A DNA stretch of 64,000 bases, taken from contig OZ244972.1 of assembly GCA_965222795.1 (NCBI GenBank), forward strand, positions 492,286 to 556,285, written 5' to 3'. Made by a program: the position numbers and the translations under genes. Source of the DNA: Rhodospirillales bacterium. Its GTDB lineage: Bacteria > Pseudomonadota > Alphaproteobacteria > Kiloniellales > CBDCUY01. Below the pieces are notes generated by a model. It worked only from the letters and a program-made list of their open reading frames with translations, was not told where the DNA came from and made no database searches. This document shows positions 58,136 through 64,000 of this stretch, piece by piece. Every line of letters begins with the position of its first letter. Position 1 is the stretch's first letter.

Positions 58136-59788
58136 ATGGAACGCGAATCCATGGAATACGATGTCGTCATTGTGGGTGCCGGGCCGGCCGGTCTGGCCGC
58201 GGCAATTCGATTGCGGCAACTGAGCCTGGAGGCCGGGAAAGAGGTCAGCGTCTGTGTGCTGGAGAAGGGGTCCGAGGTTGGGGCCCACATCTTTTCTGGT
58301 GCGGTCTTCGAGCCGCGCCCGCTCAATGAGCTAGTTCCGGATTGGCAGGAAAAAGGGGCGCCATTGAACACCCCGGTCAGTGCCGAGAAGTTCCTCATGC
58401 TGAGCGAAAGCAAGGCACTGTCCGTGCCTATATGGGCCCTGCCGTCGGAAATGCACAACCACGGTAACTATATCATTTCATTGGGCAATCTTTGTCGCTG
58501 GCTGGCCCAGCAAGCAGAGGAGCTCGAGGTCGAGATCTATCCCGGCTTTGCTGCTGTCGAGGTACTTTATCACGACGACGGCCGGGTCAAGGGCGTGGCC
58601 ACGAGCGACATGGGCATCAACAGGCAAGGTGAACAAAAAGACACCTTCGAGCCGGGCATCGAATTGCACGCCCGCTATACTTTCTTCGCCGAGGGCTGTC
58701 GTGGCTCTCTCACCAAGTCTCTCTTCGAGCGCTTTGGCCTGCGTCAGGACTGCGACCCACAGACTTACGGCATCGGCATCAAAGAACTCTGGCAGCTTGA
58801 CCCGGCCCAGCATAACCAGGGCCTGGTCATGCATACGGCCGGCTGGCCCATGGATCAGCGCACCTGGGGTGGCTCGTTTGTCTATCACCTCGAAGACAAC
58901 CAGGCCTATGTCGGCTATGTGGTGGGTTTGGACTACCAAAACCCACACCTCTCCCCCTTCGAAGAAATGCAGCGCTTCAAGACCCATCCGGTCATCAGCA
59001 GTCAGCTACAGGGCGGCAAGCGCTTAGCTTACGGCGCCCGCGCCCTAAACGAAGGCGGTGTCCAATCGATCCCTAAGTTGGTTTTTCCAGGCGGCGCTCT
59101 AATTGGCTGCGCGGCGGGCTTCCTCAATGTCCCAAAGATCAAAGGCAGCCACAACGCGATGAAAACCGGCATGCTGGCCGCCGAGGCAGCTTTCCAGGCC
59201 CTGGGCCAAGAGACGAGTGCCCCGCCAGTCCTCGACAGCTATCCCGAAAAACTTCGCAGTTCCTGGGTTTATCAGGAGCTTCACAGGGCCCGAAATTTTC
59301 GGCCAGCTTTTGCCCGCTGGGGGCTTTGGGGCGGCATGGCTTACGGTGGCTTCGATCTCAAAGTCTTGGGCGGCAAATCGCCTTGGACCTTCCATCACAA
59401 GCATGAAGATCACACCTGCCTCAAGCCAAAGGACAAGATGCCGAAGATCACCTATCCTAAGCCAGACGGCACGTTGACCTTCGACCGCCTGTCATCGGTG
59501 TTTCTTTCCAACACCAACCATGAAGAAGACCAGCCTGTCCACCTTCGTTTGAAAGACGACACCATCCCCATCAACCACAACCTCGAACTCTACGATGCAC
59601 CGGAACAACGGTTCTGCCCGGCCGGGGTTTACGAAATCGTGCGCGATGACGATGGAAGTAACCCAAGGCTACAGATCAACGCGCAGAACTGTGTCCATTG
59701 CAAGACCTGCGACATCAAGGACCCCTTGCAGAATATCAATTGGGTTCCACCCGAAGGAGGCGGCGGCCCCAATTACCCGAACATGTAG
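58136..59788 (+). CDS. Electron-transfer flavoprotein:ubiquinone oxidoreductase
   Basis: 550 aa. FAD motif [16 protein letters not shown]-terminal 4Fe-4S ferredoxin-like ..CPAGVYE....[30 protein letters not shown]. Confidence 0.95.
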   Translation: MERESMEYDVVIVGAGPAGLAAAIRLRQLSLEAGKEVSVCVLEKGSEVGAHIFSGAVFEPRPLNELVPDWQEKGAPLNTPVSAEKFLMLSESKALSVPIWALPSEMHNHGNYIISLGNLCRWLAQQAEELEVEIYPGFAAVEVLYHDDGRVKGVATSDMGINRQGEQKDTFEPGIELHARYTFFAEGCRGSLTKSLFERFGLRQDCDPQTYGIGIKELWQLDPAQHNQGLVMHTAGWPMDQRTWGGSFVYHLEDNQAYVGYVVGLDYQNPHLSPFEEMQRFKTHPVISSQLQGGKRLAYGARALNEGGVQSIPKLVFPGGALIGCAAGFLNVPKIKGSHNAMKTGMLAAEAAFQALGQETSAPPVLDSYPEKLRSSWVYQELHRARNFRPAFARWGLWGGMAYGGFDLKVLGGKSPWTFHHKHEDHTCLKPKDKMPKITYPKPDGTLTFDRLSSVFLSNTNHEEDQPVHLRLKDDTIPINHNLELYDAPEQRFCPAGVYEIVRDDDGSNPRLQINAQNCVHCKTCDIKDPLQNINWVPPEGGGGPNYPNM

Positions 59789-59956
59789 GCCGCGTTAATC
59801 TTGACCTTTAGACCACGAAAGCAGATCCTGGTATTTTGGTCTTTAGGCGAATATTTGTAATCTTTGGCTGGAATTCTGGTATTCATCATTAATGACTTGT
59901 GAGTATTTGAGCCGCGATATTTGAGGGATGGAAGGAGGACAGGTTTGCCGCAAGGA

Positions 59957-61672
59957 ATGCAAAAGTCTCGGGCAGCGCGGGTTTTAGCCGCAGCTGTCGT
60001 GGCTGCGTTACTGAGTTTCTCCGCATCGCCGGCGGCTACAGCTGCCTCACCCCAGCAAGCTAGCGAAGTCGGCGACGCTTCGCACTTTGGGAATTATCTG
60101 GCTGGCCGCTTTGCCGACAGCCAGCAAGATCATTTGGCTGCCGCCAAGTTCTTAGGTCGAGCCTTAGAACACGATCCAGACAATGTGGCACTGCTCAACC
60201 GTACCTTTGTCTTGACCGCCGCGAACGGTGATCTTGCCGGCGCCACCAAGCTGGCAAAACGGCTGGTAAGTCTGGACCCAGAGCATGGCATGGCCAATCT
60301 GATACTGGCGGTGGACCAAGTCTTGGCAGGTGAACTTGGGCCGGCCCGGAATATCCTCCAATCTCTGCCCTCGCGCGGCCTAAACAGCATCATTGTGCCG
60401 ATGATGCAAGCTTGGCTTTTGGTCGACAGCAATGTCGACGGGGCCATGAACGCGATCGACAACCTCAAGGATAGCAGCGGGTTTGAGACTTTTTACAATC
60501 TGCACCGCGCCTTGATGTTTGATGTCTCCGGAGCAACTGAGGAAGCACTTGCGGCCTACACCGCCGCTTTGACCGCGAACGAACAACCGTCGTTGAGGCT
60601 GGTTTGGTTGGCGGGGAACTTCTTCGAGCGAACCGGCAAGCGGGAAGAAGCGCGGCAGCTTTATGCTGATTTCCTCAGCCGCAATCCCGGCACAACCCTC
60701 CTCGATCCGGCCCTCAAACGCTTGGCAAATGACGGTGTGCCACAGCCTGAGATTTCTACCTCGCAACATGGCATCGCCGAAGTCATGTTCAACATGGCAA
60801 GCCTGCTGTCGCAGGAAAGGGTGGATGTCATAGGCTTGCTGCATGGCCACCTTGCTTTGCAGTTACGCCCGGACTTCGCTGTTGCACAGGTGCTGCTGGG
60901 GGAAACCCTCGAATCGCAGCAGCGACGTCAAGAAGCCATTGCGGTTTATAAGCAGGTCTCCGAAGCTTCTCCATTTGCTTGGTTGGTGCGCATGCGCATT
61001 GCCGATGGCCTCGACCAGCTGGACCAAACCGATGAAGCGATCACCGTACTCGACGACTTGGCCGAACGGCGGCCGGACAGGTTTGAGCCCTATTTTCGCA
61101 TCGGCAACCTGTTACGTACCAAAGAGCGCTTCGCGGAAGCCGTCGGCTATTATGACAAGGCTGTCGATCGGGTCAGCACGATAGAAAAACGCCACTGGTC
61201 GCTGCTCTATTTCCGTGGCATTGCGCTCGAAAGAGCCGGTCAATGGCACCGTGCCGAATCCGATTTCCTACAGGCCTTGGAGCTGCAACCCGAACAACCT
61301 TACGTTATGAACTATCTTGCCTATTCCTGGGTGGAGCAAAAGATCCATCTGGAAAAGGCACGAAGCATGCTCATTCGTGCCGTCGAGTTGAGGCCCGATG
61401 ATGGCTATATCGTCGACAGCCTGGGCTGGGTCCATTATCGCTTCGGCGAATACAGTGATGCTGTCAAGCACCTTGAAAGGGCCGTCGAGTTGCGCCCGCA
61501 GGACCCGGTAATCAACGACCACTTGGGCGATGCCTATTGGCGGGTCGGCAGGCGTGCCGAGGCCAGGTTCCAGTGGCGAAGAGCCTTGAGCCTCAAGCCT
61601 GAGGAGGACCTTGTCCCGACCATCGAGGGCAAAATTGATATCGGCCTGGATACTGAACTAAACGACACATAG
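59957..61672 (+). CDS. Periplasmic TPR-repeat protein
   Basis: Signal MQKSRAARVLAAAVVAALLSFSASPAATA followed by multiple TPR units (..AESDFLQALELQPEQPYVMNYLAYSW..; ..AVKHLERAVELRPQDPVINDHLGDAYW..). The ORF also opens at TTG 59921. Confidence 0.8.
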   Translation: MQKSRAARVLAAAVVAALLSFSASPAATAASPQQASEVGDASHFGNYLAGRFADSQQDHLAAAKFLGRALEHDPDNVALLNRTFVLTAANGDLAGATKLAKRLVSLDPEHGMANLILAVDQVLAGELGPARNILQSLPSRGLNSIIVPMMQAWLLVDSNVDGAMNAIDNLKDSSGFETFYNLHRALMFDVSGATEEALAAYTAALTANEQPSLRLVWLAGNFFERTGKREEARQLYADFLSRNPGTTLLDPALKRLANDGVPQPEISTSQHGIAEVMFNMASLLSQERVDVIGLLHGHLALQLRPDFAVAQVLLGETLESQQRRQEAIAVYKQVSEASPFAWLVRMRIADGLDQLDQTDEAITVLDDLAERRPDRFEPYFRIGNLLRTKERFAEAVGYYDKAVDRVSTIEKRHWSLLYFRGIALERAGQWHRAESDFLQALELQPEQPYVMNYLAYSWVEQKIHLEKARSMLIRAVELRPDDGYIVDSLGWVHYRFGEYSDAVKHLERAVELRPQDPVINDHLGDAYWRVGRRAEARFQWRRALSLKPEEDLVPTIEGKIDIGLDTELNDT

Positions 61673-61698
61673 GCCAGCTCAGATAAGATTGCCAAACG

Positions 61699-62616
61699 AT
61701 GGCTGCCGTGCAGGTAACCGCTTGGGCGAAGATAAATTTGTACCTGCACGTGCTGGGCCGCAGGCCCGACGGCTATCATCTGCTCGAAAGCCTGGTGGTT
61801 TTTGCGGGCATCGGCGATCTTCTTCGTTTTGAAGCTGCCCCCGACTTTTCGCTGACCATTGATGGTCCCTTCGCCGACGCACTCGACGGTGACAAGGATA
61901 ATCTCGTCGCACAGGCGGCCCACGATCTAGCAGGGCACTTCGGCAAGAGACCCGGCGCGCGCATCACATTGGAAAAGCAATTGCCTGTTGCGGCCGGCCT
62001 TGGGGGCGGATCGGCTGATGCGGCAGCTAGCCTGCTCGGCCTTGCCAGGCTCTGGCAACTGCCGACCGAGCTAAGTCAATTGGAAGGTTTGGCTGCATCT
62101 TTGGGTGCCGACGTCCCAGTTTGCCTAAGCTCCCAGCCCTCTATCATGAGCGGCATCGGCGAGCGACTACACCCGGTCGAAGCCTTACCGCAAGCCTGGG
62201 TGGTGCTGGTCAACCCGGGAATGCCACTGTCGACGCCAAAGGTCTTTGGCATGCGTCGAGGACCGTTTTCCGAGCCTGCACGCCCTTTCGAAAAGCAGAC
62301 CGATGCCGCCGCCTTGGCCTCATACCTGGCTTCCTGCCGCAATGACCTGGAGCCGACGGCACGACGCTTGCTGCCAGTCATCGACACCGTGCTTTCATCC
62401 TTGCGGCACAGCCAGGGCTGTCTGATTGCCCGGCTCTCCGGCAGCGGCGGCAGCTGCTTTGGTCTCTATCAGGTACACCAAGATGCCCTATCGGCTGCTG
62501 AGGCTATTAGCGCTTCACAGCCACGATGGTGGGTGAAAGCAGCACCCCTATTGACGGCGGCCGAGGTCACAGACCGCTGCCGCGGGCCAGCGGAGGAGAT
62601 ACCCGCACAAACGTGA
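61699..62616 (+). CDS. ispE: 4-diphosphocytidyl-2-C-methyl-D-erythritol kinase
   Basis: 305 aa. ..AKINLYLHVLGRRPDGYH.L.SL..F....D.., GHMP-kinase motif LPVAAGLGGGSADAAA, ..GADVP.C.. Confidence 0.9.
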   Translation: MAAVQVTAWAKINLYLHVLGRRPDGYHLLESLVVFAGIGDLLRFEAAPDFSLTIDGPFADALDGDKDNLVAQAAHDLAGHFGKRPGARITLEKQLPVAAGLGGGSADAAASLLGLARLWQLPTELSQLEGLAASLGADVPVCLSSQPSIMSGIGERLHPVEALPQAWVVLVNPGMPLSTPKVFGMRRGPFSEPARPFEKQTDAAALASYLASCRNDLEPTARRLLPVIDTVLSSLRHSQGCLIARLSGSGGSCFGLYQVHQDALSAAEAISASQPRWWVKAAPLLTAAEVTDRCRGPAEEIPAQT

Positions 62617-62738
62617 ATCTGCCCAAGGGATTTTGGTTGCACTGCTTGATCCTTGACCGACGGCCTGATAACTCACAGGAGGAATTTCATCCCTAACTCC
62701 ATCGGTCTGCCTTCGCCGTCGCACACGCTATAAATTTC

Positions 62739-63332
62739 ATGAGCCACAATACTTGGATTCACCGCATCGTTCGCAAAGCCGTGCGTCCCCTGGTTGGTAC
62801 TTCGGTTACGCCCAATCACATCACCACGCTGCGTTTGCTCAGCGGCTTGGCTGCTGCCGCCGCCCTATCGGAAGGCACGGATACCTGGCGCAACGCCGGT
62901 GCCGGCATATTTCTGCTATCCTTTTTTCTCGACCGGGCAGACGGTGAATTGGCGCGGCAAGGTGGTATCTCGACCCCTTTGGGGCACAAGTACGACCTCA
63001 TTTCTGATGGTGTTTGCAATGCATTGGCCTTTTTTGGCCTAGGCATAGGCTTGACGGCTGGCTTTTTCGGCAACTGGGCCATCGCCATGGGCATAATCGC
63101 TTCGATTTCAGTCGCGTCCGTATTTTGGCTGGTCAATCGTGTCGAGGCATCGAAAGGAGAAAGGGCGGCCGAGCTTTCCAGCAAGGCCGGGTTCGATGCC
63201 GATGACGGCATGTTGGCCTTGCCGATTCTGATCTGGTTGGGGCAAGCGGATTGGCTATTGATGGCGGCCTGTATCGGCGCGCCGATTTTCGCTGCCTTCA
63301 TGGTGATCAAGATGCGCGACTTAGTTGCCTGA
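62739..63332 (+). CDS. CDP-alcohol phosphatidyltransferase-family membrane protein
   Basis: 197 aa and polytopic. The complete signature D-x2-D-G-x2-A-R...G-x3-D-x3-D is visible as DRADGELAR....GHKYDLISD. Confidence 0.8.
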   Translation: MSHNTWIHRIVRKAVRPLVGTSVTPNHITTLRLLSGLAAAAALSEGTDTWRNAGAGIFLLSFFLDRADGELARQGGISTPLGHKYDLISDGVCNALAFFGLGIGLTAGFFGNWAIAMGIIASISVASVFWLVNRVEASKGERAAELSSKAGFDADDGMLALPILIWLGQADWLLMAACIGAPIFAAFMVIKMRDLVA

Positions 63333-63344
63333 AATGCATCCTGA

Positions 63345-64000
63345 ATGATGCTCACTCACGCGAGCCTTGAACGGCTTTTTAATGCCTGGATCGCCTTGGT
63401 CACCAGGAAGGCCTGGCTAACGATAGCTTTTTGCATGCTGCTGGCCGCCGCCTCCTTGGCCTTGACGATCTCCCGCATCGGCATAAACACGGACACCACC
63501 GATATGTTGTCCGAGGAGTTGCCGTTCCGCCAGAACCACCGCGCTCTCACCGAGGCCTTCGCCCATCTCGGCGACAGCCTGGTTGTGGTGATTGAAGGCG
63601 CCAATCCGGATCGCGTTTCCCAGGCTGCGGATCTGCTCTTCCAGCGCCTGAGTTCGGGGCCCGACCTGGCAGGCGTCGCCTACTATCCGGAAGGTGAAGG
63701 CTTTCTGCGCCGCAACGGCCTGCTCTATCTCGACTTGCCGGATCTCATCGCCCTCAGCGACCGGCTTGCCGAATTGCAGCCGATTTTGTCCGGGCTAAGC
63801 GCCGACCCTAGCCTGCGCGGCCTCGCCGAAGCCTTGGGACTGGCGCTCCGCGAAGCGGACGAGGAATCGGCCCTGGCCCTGGCCCCGGCGCTCAACGATA
63901 TGGCCACGGTCACGGCGTCGCTGGCTGAAGGCAACGCGGATCATCTGGCCTGGCAAAGCTTGCTGCGCGGCGGTCCACCTGATCCTCGCGATCGGCGGCG
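63345..64000 (+). CDS. RND/MMPL-family transporter, HpnN-like; N-terminal fragment that runs off the window
   Basis: Not in the supplied ORF track because there is no stop in the window. ATGATG at 63345 opens a stop-free frame to 64000: MMLTHASLERLFNAWIALVTRKAWLTIAFCMLLAAASLALTISRIGINTDTTDMLSEELPFRQNHRALTEAF...VVVIEGANPDRV...FLRRNGLLYLDLPDL.. This gives TM1 plus the start of the first periplasmic loop, resembling hopanoid-associated HpnN N-termini as I recall them. Confidence 0.6.
   Translation, partial: MMLTHASLERLFNAWIALVTRKAWLTIAFCMLLAAASLALTISRIGINTDTTDMLSEELPFRQNHRALTEAFAHLGDSLVVVIEGANPDRVSQAADLLFQRLSSGPDLAGVAYYPEGEGFLRRNGLLYLDLPDLIALSDRLAELQPILSGLSADPSLRGLAEALGLALREADEESALALAPALNDMATVTASLAEGNADHLAWQSLLRGGPPDPRDRR

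Overview
GC-rich chromosomal segment that looks alphaproteobacterial: it carries ccrM, a class II nrdJ, NDUFA12-like and DUF2155-like genes, a DciA-like gene next to mutY, and the rne-amidase-mrcA-prfB order. About 52 protein genes are tightly packed on both strands, and almost all are housekeeping. Left to right: the end of a Tad/Flp pilus locus (cpaF-tadB-tadC); a lipoprotein hydrolase; a three-gene molybdoenzyme with SoeABC-like, Tat-less architecture; a gamma-carbonic-anhydrase-like gene; a large AsmA/YhdP-like envelope protein; one IS630-family insertion; ridA; nrdJ; NDUFA12/mlaD/methyltransferase/DUF2155/aat; aroQ-accB-accC; amidase; DsbA; M48-TPR protease; a GGT-like lipoprotein; an aminotransferase; rne; amidase; PBP1A; prfB with its +1 frameshift site; smc; a second DsbA; a DciA-like gene; mutY; ccrM; rnhB; a cation antiporter; a radical-SAM / kinase-like / GT2 / DUF2064 cluster; moaB; slt; udg; ETF-QO; a TPR protein; ispE; a CDP-alcohol phosphatidyltransferase; and the start of an HpnN-like RND transporter that runs off the window. 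I found no rRNA, tRNA or CRISPR array and no recognisable defence or phage module. I see no clear-cut novel system. The items most worth a second look are: (i) a tandem pair of ~75-nt hairpin elements whose differences between copies are compensatory (9776-9940); (ii) about 340 nt of dense GC-rich inverted repeats between the nrdJ stop and its terminator; (iii) the kinase-like/GT2/DUF2064 cluster beside a PA0069-type radical SAM gene; (iv) the cytoplasm-facing SoeABC-like molybdoenzyme; (v) a GGT homologue that seems to lack its nucleophile threonine. All family names come from reading the translations and from memory. No database search was run.
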